A stretch of DNA of 64,000 nucleotides from Candidatus Doudnabacteria bacterium (GCA_041497195.1 JBGQGB010000001.1:143672-207671); one strand, 5' to 3'. Counted from the first letter of the stretch, positions 36,355 to 45,898 are shown. Numbers and translations: made by a program. Notes: a model not told the origin generated them from the letters alone.

Positions 36355-37643
36355 GACCAGAGCAAGGGCTTCTTCTTTTTGGCCTCTTTAATCGCCAGGG
36401 TCAGGGCCTGGTGAGCCTTCGCCAGCTCCAGCCCATCCTTGCCCTCTAGTTCCTTGGCCCAGCTGGTGGCAGAGTATTGTTCCTTGACTCCCTGCCGCCA
36501 TTCCCGCAGCCCCCGAAACGTCCCGCCAATGACAGCGCCCATTTGCCAACCACTCAGACTCAAAACGCTTTTGATGGACTGGCGCATGGCCATGCGCGCA
36601 GCGGAAGTGCCCAAAAACGATACAGCAAAATCCAAAGGCACGCCCCAGAGTTTTTGTCCCTGAAGCTTTTGCAGGGCAAATTCTCCTGCTTTGTCTAGGA
36701 AATTTCTATTGTTCACGATCGCGTCGAACTGAGCCCGTTTCTCGGAAGACAATTCCGCCAGCTGTTCTTCCAGAGTCTTTTTGACCTCTTCTGCCACGGC
36801 TGCCTTCACATCATCCGGAGTCGCTCCATGAGATTCTACCGGTTGTTCGTCTTTAGCCCCGTAGCGCTCACTATCTCGAAGTTTGGCCTCATGACGCGCT
36901 TTCGCTACCATCAATCGCTCTGGCGTCGGAAGCTCCAAATGATTTTCTGATACAGGATTCGGTTCTCCCTCCAAAAAATACTTCCGCAAATCTCCTTCTT
37001 TATCTATTCTGGTAATCAAGACTGGCTCACGCAATTCTAAATCCCCATTATCATCCACCAGCATGACAAAATCACCCACCTTATAGCCTCCGACGTCAAC
37101 TCTCTCAACCTCCGCCATATCTCCGACCGGCTCTGCGGCCGCTGGTGTTGGCTGCACTGGTTCCGGTTCTTTTGACTCTTGGGATTTTTGATACCTAGAT
37201 CGTAAAGCGACTTGAAGTTGCTCCCGCGTTGGACTGGATAATTCTAAATTTTCTTCGGGAATGGGCCCGCCAAAACCCTCAAGTAAATACTCAAAAGTAG
37301 CGCCATTTGTTTGCACATCCAAAATCACCACCGGGCGTCCCGTAACAAAATCGCCACCTCTTTTACCAACCACATTTACCATTTGCCCAGCTTGAAATAG
37401 AGGTTTTTTCTCGCCTCTAGCTTCCAAAGCATCACTAACAAGAGTTTCCCTGGGCGGTAGTGCCTCCTGCTCTGTCGCCTGATCAGGTGCGGCTTGCGTT
37501 TCCGCCAGCGCTGCTGAATCAGCTGCACCGGATTGGGGCACGCCAGAATCAGCGGGCTTCGCAGTCGCTTCAAATTCGGCCCGGGGCTTACGCGGGCGGA
37601 AATTGTTAAATATGTTGGGGTTGGCTTTGCCAAAATCGACCAT
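36351..37643 (-). CDS. hypothetical protein with two tandem roughly 60-aa beta-rich repeats
   Basis: 430 aa. The repeats GQMVNVVGKRGGDFVTGRPVVILDVQTNGATFEYLLEGFGGPIPEENLELSSPTREQL and GDFVMLVDDNGDLELREPVLITRIDKEGDLRKYFLEGEPNPVSENHLELPTPERL share an xLEG..P..EnLEL..PtRE.L signature. The N-terminus is low-complexity. The start overlaps the upstream stop. Confidence 0.45.
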   Translation of the reverse strand: MVDFGKANPNIFNNFRPRKPRAEFEATAKPADSGVPQSGAADSAALAETQAAPDQATEQEALPPRETLVSDALEARGEKKPLFQAGQMVNVVGKRGGDFVTGRPVVILDVQTNGATFEYLLEGFGGPIPEENLELSSPTREQLQVALRSRYQKSQESKEPEPVQPTPAAAEPVGDMAEVERVDVGGYKVGDFVMLVDDNGDLELREPVLITRIDKEGDLRKYFLEGEPNPVSENHLELPTPERLMVAKARHEAKLRDSERYGAKDEQPVESHGATPDDVKAAVAEEVKKTLEEQLAELSSEKRAQFDAIVNNRNFLDKAGEFALQKLQGQKLWGVPLDFAVSFLGTSAARMAMRQSIKSVLSLSGWQMGAVIGGTFRGLREWRQGVKEQYSATSWAKELEGKDGLELAKAHQALTLAIKEAKKKKPLLWS

Positions 37644-40540
37644 CAGCTTTTTCCTTTCTGTGCGGGCAGTTTGCGCCTCAGCCCCAAAGTATAATATGCT
37701 TGCCCCAGAACCTCTTTCAATTTTTCTTCAGGAAATTTCTCCAGTAACATTCGTTTCAAATGGGGAACAACGTTGTTGCTGATAATTTCTCTGCGAACCA
37801 CTTCATTGCCCTTCTTGATTTTTTTATCGCCCTCATTTTCCAAGCTCTGGATGTATCCGTCAACATTTCCGGAAATAAGCATATAGAAACGATCCCCGAC
37901 TCCGCGGCGCAGCATGTCTTCATCTAACTCATACGCCCGCAAGAGCCACTCTTTGAAACTAGCCAGATAGTCTTTGGCGATTTGCTCCAAAATCTTCCTC
38001 TCTCCGGAAAATTCCTGATTGATCTCCATTGTAAATTTGCCTTCGGCTTCGAGCTCCAGGACTTCCTCAATTTTTCCCTTCGGCCGGAAACCGCGCTCAT
38101 CGGTAATAGCAGTGAGGATGTCGCGAAGCTTGATGCCGTCCTTGCGGGCTGGGTCATCATTGATAAAAATCGCCCCGCGCACAAACACGCCTTGGTGGAA
38201 TTTTTTCTCCAGAGCGCGCAATTCCGGAATTTTACTCAGATCCACGTCCCGTTTGAGTGTATTGATCATAAAAAAACCTTCAGCCGTATAAATAAGATAC
38301 CCGGACAACCGGCCTTCGCCATAGGCTTGCACCGCCTCGTGATTGACAGACTGTTTTTCCCGGCCAATCAAATCGACAAAATAAGTTCCCAAGTTCTTCG
38401 TGTAGATTGCCTTACCCTCGGCCACCAATTCTGCCAGAGGTCTGGTCAAGATTTCTTTCGCTTTACCAACTCTATATTTGATTTTTTCCTGTGGGGAATA
38501 GGTTTGACCTTGCTCCGGTTTGTCCAAACCATACGCAGTCACCTCCTGAGGAGTCAAATTACGATAGAGCGCGCGCTCGTAGGCTTCGTATGATTTGCCT
38601 CCCTGGCCATTGATTCGAAAGTACTCATATAGTTGTTCAGCGCTCATTTGTCGGCCCAACCCTCGCACAGTCTGGTAGCTGTTTTCAAAATCCGCCACCC
38701 GGCCCGCTTTGGTGATTGGAAAAGATGAATTGTCCTCATCAACCGTATATTGAATCATGTGTTCGATCCCTCGTTTTTTCTCTGCTCCGAGTTCAGTGAA
38801 AAACTCGGCATGCTTCAAAAGCTCGTAAACAATTTTGGCACTGGAAGTTTCAAATTCCCTCGCCCGCGCGTGATTGTCAATGATGACCGAGAGTTTTCCT
38901 TCCAAGGTTTTTTTTGCCACAATTCCCGATTCGCCGCCGATGTCAATGGAAAACGTCCGCTCTCTTTGATCTCGATGACGGACCCCTGCCGCGGTCCGGG
39001 CGCCTCGAATTCCAGCCTTGCCCAACAGCCACATCGAAACTTTGGCATCACTGTCAGTCCGGCCACTGGCCTTTCGCTCAAACACAAAATCCCGCCAGGT
39101 TTCGCGTACCACCTCTTTGAATCTTGTCTCTGATTCTTCGAGCGAACCAGCATTAAGCTTCCGTAGGTCATCAACCAATTCTATGGTAATCTCACCGGCA
39201 ATTCGCCCGAGCGGATCATATCCAGCCGCGATATCAGCCTCAAATTGCGACAAAGCTTTTCGCAAATTATCTCTGTTAATCGCTTCCGGGACGTACGCCG
39301 GGGGATTTTGCTCGTTCAATAGCGCTCTCGCGTCAGACAAGGTCATGCCCAACAACGACTTCCGCTCCAAAAATTTATAAGCCGGAGAACGTCTGAGTGC
39401 CTCGGCCGCTTGCTCTGTTTTTGCCGGCTGCTTTGGATTTCTGTCTGGCTTTTGAGCAGATGCTTGTACGGGCTCCTTTTCCTTAGTTTTGCGCCTTAGG
39501 ATTTTCGGAATTACTGATAATGCTTCCTTGCCTTCATTCGGACCATTTCCTTGGCCAGCCACAACTTTAAATTCAGGTTTGTTTTTCGGTTCACGCTGCT
39601 GTCCTAAAGCTAGTTTTTCTTGCGGGGCTGAAACTGGAGGAGGGATTTTGCTCTCAGGTTCTTCCGGACGAGCGACAACGACTGGGGCTTTCGCACTGAC
39701 TGGAACTGAGGAAACCCCAACAGGATTCTGTTCCGAGCTCTTCTGAGCCTTGTCACCCAAAGCTTTCCGTAAAGCCGTTTCCATTGTCGTAGGGGCCCTT
39801 GTTACTGCGCTTCCACCGTTTGGTTTAGCTAAGGGCGGGTCCTTTGACTGAGTAGAAACGATTGAAGTTGCCTCACTTACATCAGGCGCCAAACCTGCAG
39901 CAATTAGTTCCTCTGAGTTTGATTGTCCATTCCCTTTTCTAGGCTTTGGGGTGATAGCAGCAATTCTCTCAGTCTCAGCCTGGACGAGGGCATTAGCCTG
40001 CTGCTCTTGGGGTTTTTCGTCAGTTTTTTCTTTTTCAGGCCCTGCAAAAGTTGCGCCGGCAGATTCAGGATGCACAGGCTCTTGAGGTTTTTTTACTTGT
40101 TCCGTCTCTGCCTTCGGCTGAAGGGCTTCTTTTGGAAAAGAAGGCGCGATATCCTCAAGCTTCGGCAAGTTCAAATCCGGAGCCAGACCCAGGTTTTTAT
40201 ATACTTCTTCCAGGCGAGCGGTAAAGTCTTTTGAAAACTCCTCAATTTGATTCCATACATCCATTCCTTCATTGTCAACGGTCAGTTCTGTATTTTTTGC
40301 CTTATCGTCCTGAACAATAGCCTGCTCGACAGTCCCAAAGAGGTGCTGGGCTTCTTGGAAAACCTGTGCGGCCTTCTGCTTCGCTATATCCAGGCTTTCT
40401 TTAGTTTTTGCCAGCCGGACAATATGAATGAGGCCGTAGAGTCTTTTTTCAAGATTGTTTTTAAAAACTTCACGTGCCTTCGGGACGCCCTCAACTAGCT
40501 TTTCGAAATTTTGTTTCGGTTCTTCTCGAACTTTTGGCAT
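37643..40540 (-). CDS. large hypothetical protein (965 aa); low-complexity Lys/Glu/Pro-rich N-terminal half and a globular C-terminal half
   Basis: It has no signal peptide and no canonical Walker A. The central segment RTFSIDIGGESGIVAKKTLEGKLSVIIDNH resembles the phosphate-1 motif of ASKHA/actin-fold ATPases and Ppx/GppA (hhhDhGsxs); this is weak evidence. It is the first gene after a strong promoter. Confidence 0.45.
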   Translation of the reverse strand: MPKVREEPKQNFEKLVEGVPKAREVFKNNLEKRLYGLIHIVRLAKTKESLDIAKQKAAQVFQEAQHLFGTVEQAIVQDDKAKNTELTVDNEGMDVWNQIEEFSKDFTARLEEVYKNLGLAPDLNLPKLEDIAPSFPKEALQPKAETEQVKKPQEPVHPESAGATFAGPEKEKTDEKPQEQQANALVQAETERIAAITPKPRKGNGQSNSEELIAAGLAPDVSEATSIVSTQSKDPPLAKPNGGSAVTRAPTTMETALRKALGDKAQKSSEQNPVGVSSVPVSAKAPVVVARPEEPESKIPPPVSAPQEKLALGQQREPKNKPEFKVVAGQGNGPNEGKEALSVIPKILRRKTKEKEPVQASAQKPDRNPKQPAKTEQAAEALRRSPAYKFLERKSLLGMTLSDARALLNEQNPPAYVPEAINRDNLRKALSQFEADIAAGYDPLGRIAGEITIELVDDLRKLNAGSLEESETRFKEVVRETWRDFVFERKASGRTDSDAKVSMWLLGKAGIRGARTAAGVRHRDQRERTFSIDIGGESGIVAKKTLEGKLSVIIDNHARAREFETSSAKIVYELLKHAEFFTELGAEKKRGIEHMIQYTVDEDNSSFPITKAGRVADFENSYQTVRGLGRQMSAEQLYEYFRINGQGGKSYEAYERALYRNLTPQEVTAYGLDKPEQGQTYSPQEKIKYRVGKAKEILTRPLAELVAEGKAIYTKNLGTYFVDLIGREKQSVNHEAVQAYGEGRLSGYLIYTAEGFFMINTLKRDVDLSKIPELRALEKKFHQGVFVRGAIFINDDPARKDGIKLRDILTAITDERGFRPKGKIEEVLELEAEGKFTMEINQEFSGERKILEQIAKDYLASFKEWLLRAYELDEDMLRRGVGDRFYMLISGNVDGYIQSLENEGDKKIKKGNEVVRREIISNNVVPHLKRMLLEKFPEEKLKEVLGQAYYTLGLRRKLPAQKGKS

Positions 40541-40562
40541 AATTTATTCTAAATTCACATTA

Positions 40563-40591
40563 ATTATATCATTTTTTAGCCGATTTGTAAA
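40563..40591 (-). promoter_or_regulatory. strong sigma70-like promoter driving the four-gene hypothetical cluster
   Basis: The minus strand reads TTTACA-17 nt-TATAAT, about 20 nt upstream of the ATG at 40540. It is preceded by an imperfect hairpin plus U-run (40600-40640) that could terminate the ABC-transporter operon. Confidence 0.5.
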
Positions 40592-40644
40592 GCAAAAATC
40601 CGAGCGTTTGCCCCGATTTTATAGGCCTGCCAGTGTAAAAAGGT

Positions 40645-41901
40645 TCACTCGTAGCGCATGGCCTCAACAGGATCGAGTTTCGAAGCGCTGCGGGCTGGTA
40701 ATACGCCAAATAAAATACCAATGGTCGCTGACACACCAAATCCCAATCCAACAGCATACAGTGGTACGCTAAAAGCCCAAACAAGACCTAATACGCCCGC
40801 TATGATTGATACCAACCAGCCTAAAAACCCCCCCACCAAAATGCCAAGAATTCCACCCAAGACAGTCACTAAAATTGACTCAATAAGAAATTCGCCCAAG
40901 ATGTCAGAATTTTTCGCACCCAAGGCTTTTTTCAGTCCGATCTCTGCAGTCCGCTCTGTCACGGCTACGTACATAATATTCATAATCCCAACTCCCCCAA
41001 CAATGAGTGATATGGCAGCAATAGCGACCAACAAATAAGTGATTCCGTTGAAAATCACATTTATCGTACCGAGTACGTCTGCTTGCGTCGCCACAGTAAA
41101 ATCATCTCTGGCCAGATCATGGATACCGTGATTTTCTCGCAAAACGACACGGATGTCTTCGGCGGTAGCGTCCGCCTGATTGATATCTTGCAGTGCCACT
41201 ACAGCACGAGCCATATAGTCGATACCAAGCATTTTTTTCTGAACTGTCTGCAGAGGAATGAAGATGGCATCGTCACTGCCAGGTCCCAGCCCACCGCGCT
41301 CATTGTAAACTCCGATGATCTGAAAGTTCAAGTTGCCGATTCGAATGTACTTGCCCACTGCAGAGTCAGTGCCAAAAAAATTATTGGCAGTGGCCGAACC
41401 CAGTATCGCGACCTGAGCTTCCCCATTGTCCTCGCCCTCGGTATAAAAACGTCCTTCGCGCAAAGTTCCGTGATCTATGTCAAAGCGCTCCGCTCCCGCG
41501 CCAATGTACATCTCGCTCTTTTTCGTATCGAGATAACTAACCGTCCCTTGCCCAACAGCGATACCATAAGCGCCAGAAACGTTGGGCAATCGCTTGATAT
41601 CATCGAGGTCTCGCTTTTTAAAAGACGTGACAGCTACGGTAGTGTTAAGGTTGTCGAGACCGGGTCCTGCCGCAGCTGACGCCGCCCGGTTTTTGGTGGT
41701 AGGAGGTACCTTCGTTGCGATGACTAGTGTATTGGTACCGAGTGAGGCGATTTGCGAATTGACTAATCCGCGAAACCCCGCGCCGGCAGCAAGGACCAAA
41801 ATAACGGTAGAAATACCGATTACAATTCCAAGCGTTGTCAGCATAGTCCGCCCGGGATTGGCTCTTAGTGACTTTATAGATTGGCGAAACGCAGTAAACA
41901 T
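40645..41901 (-). CDS. ABC transporter permease, MacB/FtsX family (paralog B)
   Basis: 418 aa with one N-terminal TM helix, a roughly 230-aa extracytoplasmic MacB_PCD-like domain and a C-terminal 3-TM FtsX domain (LGAKNSDILGEFLIESILVTVLGGILGI). Confidence 0.8.
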   Translation of the reverse strand: MFTAFRQSIKSLRANPGRTMLTTLGIVIGISTVILVLAAGAGFRGLVNSQIASLGTNTLVIATKVPPTTKNRAASAAAGPGLDNLNTTVAVTSFKKRDLDDIKRLPNVSGAYGIAVGQGTVSYLDTKKSEMYIGAGAERFDIDHGTLREGRFYTEGEDNGEAQVAILGSATANNFFGTDSAVGKYIRIGNLNFQIIGVYNERGGLGPGSDDAIFIPLQTVQKKMLGIDYMARAVVALQDINQADATAEDIRVVLRENHGIHDLARDDFTVATQADVLGTINVIFNGITYLLVAIAAISLIVGGVGIMNIMYVAVTERTAEIGLKKALGAKNSDILGEFLIESILVTVLGGILGILVGGFLGWLVSIIAGVLGLVWAFSVPLYAVGLGFGVSATIGILFGVLPARSASKLDPVEAMRYE

Positions 41902-41911
41902 AGTGTAAAAA

Positions 41912-43183
41912 TTATTCGTAGCGGAGGGCGTCGATGGGACTCAACTTTGCCGCTTTCAAGGCCGGGTACAGGCCAAATATGACACCGGTCAAAATCGAAA
42001 CGCCAACTGAGAGCACTATTGATAGTGGTGAAATAACAAAAGCCCAATCATAGCCGAGTTTGCGCATCAATAAGGCAGCCAAAAATGATACGACCACACC
42101 GCCGACTATACCGAGCAATCCCCCAAGCAAAGTCAGGGTACCGGCCTCAAACAAAAATTGATTGCGAATCGCGGCATTACTCGCTCCGACAGCTTTACGT
42201 AATCCGATCTCACGGGTCCGCTCCGCAACCGTGACCAGCATAATATTCAAAATTCCAACGCCAGCCACAATGAGGGCGATGCCCGCCATGGACACCAAAA
42301 ACAATTTTAGCGCGTTGGTGACCGTGCTCAAAATATTAACGGCATCTGCTTGATTGCGAACCACAAAATCGAGGTCAACCTTTTCTGCGATGTGGTGGCG
42401 CTCTTTCAGCACTTGCGTGATATCTGCCGCGGTTGACGAAACATTATCGGCTGCATCCACTTTGATGCCAATACCTTGCAAATACCGAATGCCCAAAAGT
42501 TCTTTTTGTCCTATGTCGAGGGGCATAAATACCATATCGTCCTGGTCCTGAAAAAAGGAACTGCCTCTTGACGCAATCACCCCTTCCACCCGTAAGGGTA
42601 TCCCACCCGATTTTGCTTGCGAGGCTGTCTTCACTTTCACCACCTGGCCTACTGGGTCCACACCAGTACCGCTAAATAATTCGTCAGCGACTGTACTGCC
42701 GAGTACGATGACGCCAGCCCCACCCTGGTCCTCTTGTTCTGAAAAAAATTGCCCGTCCTGCATCGTAAAATTGATGCCCTTAGGATAATTGAAGTCTGTG
42801 CCGGTGAAATTGGTGTCAATACTTTGGGTTCCCCATGATACGGTCACAATACCCTCTACAGAGGGATTGACTGCCAGGGCGTGAGGAACGCGTCCAGTAT
42901 CGCGCAAAGCAGCAGCATCTTCATTGGTGAGCGTGGTTATGACCACCCCAAACACGGTGGATGGCGGCCCATTCTCATTCCCAACCCATGGCTGTATGTA
43001 GAGCAAATTCGAACCAAATTTTGTGACTTGAGCTAAAATCAAACTCTGAGCGCCTGCCCCAAGGGCGATGATGATGATCACACCAGAAACCCCGATAACT
43101 ATGCCCAGAATCGTCAAAAACGATCGCCCTTTCCGAGCGCGTAAAGTGCCAAATACCAATTTGAAACTGCCGAAAAAATTCAC
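41912..43183 (-). CDS. ABC transporter permease, MacB/FtsX family (paralog A)
   Basis: 423 aa with the same architecture, reading VGASNAAIRNQFLFEAGTLTLLGGLLGI. The two permeases are about 40% identical to each other, which suggests a heterodimeric LolC/LolE-like pair. Confidence 0.8.
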   Translation of the reverse strand: MNFFGSFKLVFGTLRARKGRSFLTILGIVIGVSGVIIIIALGAGAQSLILAQVTKFGSNLLYIQPWVGNENGPPSTVFGVVITTLTNEDAAALRDTGRVPHALAVNPSVEGIVTVSWGTQSIDTNFTGTDFNYPKGINFTMQDGQFFSEQEDQGGAGVIVLGSTVADELFSGTGVDPVGQVVKVKTASQAKSGGIPLRVEGVIASRGSSFFQDQDDMVFMPLDIGQKELLGIRYLQGIGIKVDAADNVSSTAADITQVLKERHHIAEKVDLDFVVRNQADAVNILSTVTNALKLFLVSMAGIALIVAGVGILNIMLVTVAERTREIGLRKAVGASNAAIRNQFLFEAGTLTLLGGLLGIVGGVVVSFLAALLMRKLGYDWAFVISPLSIVLSVGVSILTGVIFGLYPALKAAKLSPIDALRYE

Positions 43184-43202
43184 AAAATTGCCAAAACCAA
43201 TT

Positions 43203-43919
43203 TTACTTCAAAAGGTCCTTGTCAACAGCCGCGATGGTTCGATGCGTGACCCGGGCGTCCTCCACAATTTTTCCATCCTTGATTTTGATAATCCTCTTTG
43301 CGTGATTTGCTGTGTCAGTTTCATGCGTCACCAGAATGATCGTATGACCCTGCTCATTCAGGTTCTGCAAAATATACATAATGCTATTGCCAGATTTTGA
43401 GTCGAGGTTACCTGTCGGCTCATCGGCAAAAATGACCGCCGGATCACACACCAACGCTCGAGCAATCGCTACCCGCTGTTTTTCTCCTCCAGAAATTTGA
43501 TTCGTGTAATAGTCCAACCTGTGCGACAGCCCAACTGACTCCAAGGCCTTTTTCGCAAGCGAATCGTGATTCTTTTTACTGCTATAAATGAGGGGCAGTT
43601 TGACGTTGTCTAGGACCGTGGTCCGCGGAAGCAAATTAAAAGACTGAAAAACAAAGCCAACTCTGTCATTCCTGAGTGTCGCCAAATATTCGTCAGAAAA
43701 AACACTCGTGTCTTTGCCCTCAAATTCATAAAGACCGCTCGTGGGACGGTCCAGAAAACTGAGAATATGCATCAGCGTGGATTTGCCGCTTCCCGACGGG
43801 CCCATAATTGCCACGAACTCCCCGGCCTCGACCGACAAAGTGATACCTTGCAAAACTTTGGTGACCACGTCCTCGTTAATGTAGTCCTTTATTAGATTTT
43901 CGGCCCGGATTATGCTCAT
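43203..43919 (-). CDS. ABC transporter ATP-binding protein (MacB/LolD-type NBD)
   Basis: It carries GPSGSGKST (Walker A), [15 protein letters not shown] (signature), [12 protein letters not shown] (Walker B) and an H-loop. Confidence 0.9.
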   Translation of the reverse strand: MSIIRAENLIKDYINEDVVTKVLQGITLSVEAGEFVAIMGPSGSGKSTLMHILSFLDRPTSGLYEFEGKDTSVFSDEYLATLRNDRVGFVFQSFNLLPRTTVLDNVKLPLIYSSKKNHDSLAKKALESVGLSHRLDYYTNQISGGEKQRVAIARALVCDPAVIFADEPTGNLDSKSGNSIMYILQNLNEQGHTIILVTHETDTANHAKRIIKIKDGKIVEDARVTHRTIAAVDKDLLK

Positions 43920-43926
43920 GATTTTC

Positions 43927-45492
43927 TTAGCTCTTCAAAAAAGTCACGATTTCCTGGCCCTCTCGAAGCCCAGAAGTAACCTCTACCAATCCCCCATCGG
44001 CATTGAGCCCCGTCTGAATTTGAACTTGGTGGTAGATTTTTTTCTGGGGATCATCAATCACACGCACAAAATGTTCGCTATCCCGATTGACCACCGCACG
44101 CTGGGGAACGGCCAAAACGCCCCGTTTTTCTGCAGCCAAAATTGTCATATTTGCGGTCATGCCGGGTTTGATCTGTGAGGCATCCTCAAGACTGGCTTTG
44201 ATTTTGTAATTCACAACACCAGAGATCACTGTCGATGCGGGATCCACAGTCTGGACTGCGGCTTTGAAATGTTCATCCGGGCCTAAGGCATCAAAAGTGA
44301 CATCCACACTTTGTCCTGATTTGATGATGGCGATATTTGCTTCACTCACATTTGCCTCAAGATACAAATTGTCGACATCCTGCAAAATTACCGCCTCTTT
44401 GAGCGCGGTTGCCAACTCTCCAACCTTGATATCTACACTTGTAATAGTGCCAGATGCTGGGGCTCGAATAACAGTATTCTCAAAATTCGATTGTGCAGTT
44501 TGAACCTGGCCTTGGGCAGAAAGTACCTGGGCTTGCGCGACGGCTACATCCGCCGGTCGGGCCTGAGCTTTTTTGAGATTGAGCTGCGCGACCGCTTGAT
44601 CGAGACTCGCTTGCGCTGTGGCGATTTGTGCCTGCGCTGTGGTAATCGCGACGTTTTGAGTTTGTAACGCGGCTAAATAAGCATTGTTGTTGGTCGTGTA
44701 AGCTGAGGAGTTCGTATTCGGAATAGAAACTGCCCAGGTGTCGTTGTTGACTTGAATATAACTAGTAGGAAATTGAATCGACAAACCCCGGCTGCCCAAA
44801 CTCACGGGAGATATCGCGCTAATATAGAACGGGCCGCCCACCTCCAGACCGTCGAAACTGAATTGATTTCCGGTTTGTCGAATCGAATACGCCCCCTGCT
44901 GCGTACCAACATAGGCTCCGGAAATGGTCGGATTGCTCGTATTCAGGTTGCTGGTCGCGGGAATCGCGGCCAAGCCCGAATTCAACAGAGTCCGGAGCGC
45001 ATTGTTGACCAAGACCTGCTGCTGCGCTACCGTGTCATTCAAATTTTTCTTGGCATTATCCAAAGCGACTTGTGCCGCGTCCACTGCGGATTGGGCCACG
45101 GAAACTTCCTCGGTACTCGCCCCAGACAGAACTTTCTGATAGTTAGCCTGGGCTTGGGCCAGGGACCCTTGTGCAGTAGTCAGACCAGCGACGGCATCTT
45201 TTTGATCAAGAGTAGCCAGGACATCTCCTACGTTGACTTTGTCACCAACCGCGACATTGACTCTGGTGACGATGCCGCTGGTTCTAAAACTCAAATCCAA
45301 ATCTGTGCCACTCGTGACTTGACCGGTGGCCAGAACTGTCTGTTTCAAATCCTGTCTTTTCACGATATCTGTCAAAGTGCCACTTGTGGAATTGCCGGGT
45401 TTGATGATCCGGTAGACGATACCTCCGACGACGACCACGATGACGATCGTCCAAATGATGACTTTTTTGCGGAAAAAAGATTTGATTGTCAT
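43927..45492 (-). CDS. HlyD/MacA-family membrane-fusion (periplasmic adaptor) protein with an insertion at the coiled-coil hairpin tip
   Basis: 521 aa. It has an N-terminal TM anchor, a lipoyl/beta-barrel signature (TGQVTSGTDLDLSFRTSGIVTRVNVAVGDKVNVGDVLATLD ... VIRAPASGTITSVDIKVGE) and long Ala/Gln-rich coiled coils. An extra roughly 105-aa Ser/Thr/Asn-rich segment (residues about 170-275) interrupts them. Confidence 0.75.
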   Translation of the reverse strand: MTIKSFFRKKVIIWTIVIVVVVGGIVYRIIKPGNSTSGTLTDIVKRQDLKQTVLATGQVTSGTDLDLSFRTSGIVTRVNVAVGDKVNVGDVLATLDQKDAVAGLTTAQGSLAQAQANYQKVLSGASTEEVSVAQSAVDAAQVALDNAKKNLNDTVAQQQVLVNNALRTLLNSGLAAIPATSNLNTSNPTISGAYVGTQQGAYSIRQTGNQFSFDGLEVGGPFYISAISPVSLGSRGLSIQFPTSYIQVNNDTWAVSIPNTNSSAYTTNNNAYLAALQTQNVAITTAQAQIATAQASLDQAVAQLNLKKAQARPADVAVAQAQVLSAQGQVQTAQSNFENTVIRAPASGTITSVDIKVGELATALKEAVILQDVDNLYLEANVSEANIAIIKSGQSVDVTFDALGPDEHFKAAVQTVDPASTVISGVVNYKIKASLEDASQIKPGMTANMTILAAEKRGVLAVPQRAVVNRDSEHFVRVIDDPQKKIYHQVQIQTGLNADGGLVEVTSGLREGQEIVTFLKS

Positions 45493-45496
45493 GGAA

Positions 45497-45799
45497 TTAC
45501 TTCTTAGTGACTGAGCTTAAAATCTCTGACGCGTATTTCTTGAATTTTCTTTTGAGCGCAGCATTACCGAAATTTTCCACATTTTTCATGATCAATTCGA
45601 CGAGATCGCTGAGGGCCTCAGCCTTGATCAGTCCCAGAGCACGGCCCATTTTCCCCACCACGACCAAGGAATCGCCAGGGATAATTTTGAGATCTTTGCG
45701 TGCTTGAACCGGAATCACCACCTGGCCTTTGGCGCCAACCACAGTAGTGCCGTACATTTTGTCCTGTTTAAATAGTTTCTCATGAAATAACTGTTTCAT
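45497..45799 (-). CDS. AbrB/MazE/SpoVT-type (swapped-hairpin) DNA-binding protein, first gene of the transporter operon
   Basis: 100 aa. The N-terminal motif TTVVGAKGQVVIPVQARKDLKIIPGDSLVVV is typical of SpoVT_AbrB domains. Confidence 0.6.
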   Translation of the reverse strand: MKQLFHEKLFKQDKMYGTTVVGAKGQVVIPVQARKDLKIIPGDSLVVVGKMGRALGLIKAEALSDLVELIMKNVENFGNAALKRKFKKYASEILSSVTKK

Positions 45800-45834
45800 A
45801 TATTAAAATCCTTTAAGTATAACAATTCCTACTA

Positions 45835-45863
45835 ATCATACTGCTGTTTTGAAACACTGTCAA
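45835..45863 (-). promoter_or_regulatory. sigma70-like promoter for the abrB-like/adaptor/ABC operon
   Basis: The minus strand reads TTGACA-17 nt-TATGAT, about 35 nt upstream of the ATG at 45799. Confidence 0.5.
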
Positions 45864-45865
45864 TG

Positions 45866-45894
45866 GGAAATAAAAACGGGCCGTTGACCCGTTC
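45866..45894 (-). terminator. rho-independent terminator of the membrane-protein gene 45899..46378
   Basis: The minus strand reads AACGGG-ucaacgg-CCCGUU followed by UUUUAUUU. Confidence 0.5.
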
Positions 45895-45898
45895 TCCT

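Noticed and set aside
37643-40540. P-loop NTPase or dynamin-like GTPase assignment for the 965-aa protein
   Set aside because: No GxxxxGK[ST] Walker A was found. The best-looking segments (INGQGGKS, GGESGIVAKKT) have the wrong spacing. Only a weak ASKHA-like phosphate-1 resemblance remains.
45497-45799. Toxin-antitoxin (MazEF-like) module for the AbrB/MazE-like gene
   Set aside because: No adjacent toxin gene was found. The downstream gene is the HlyD-family adaptor, so the protein is more likely an operon-specific transcription regulator.
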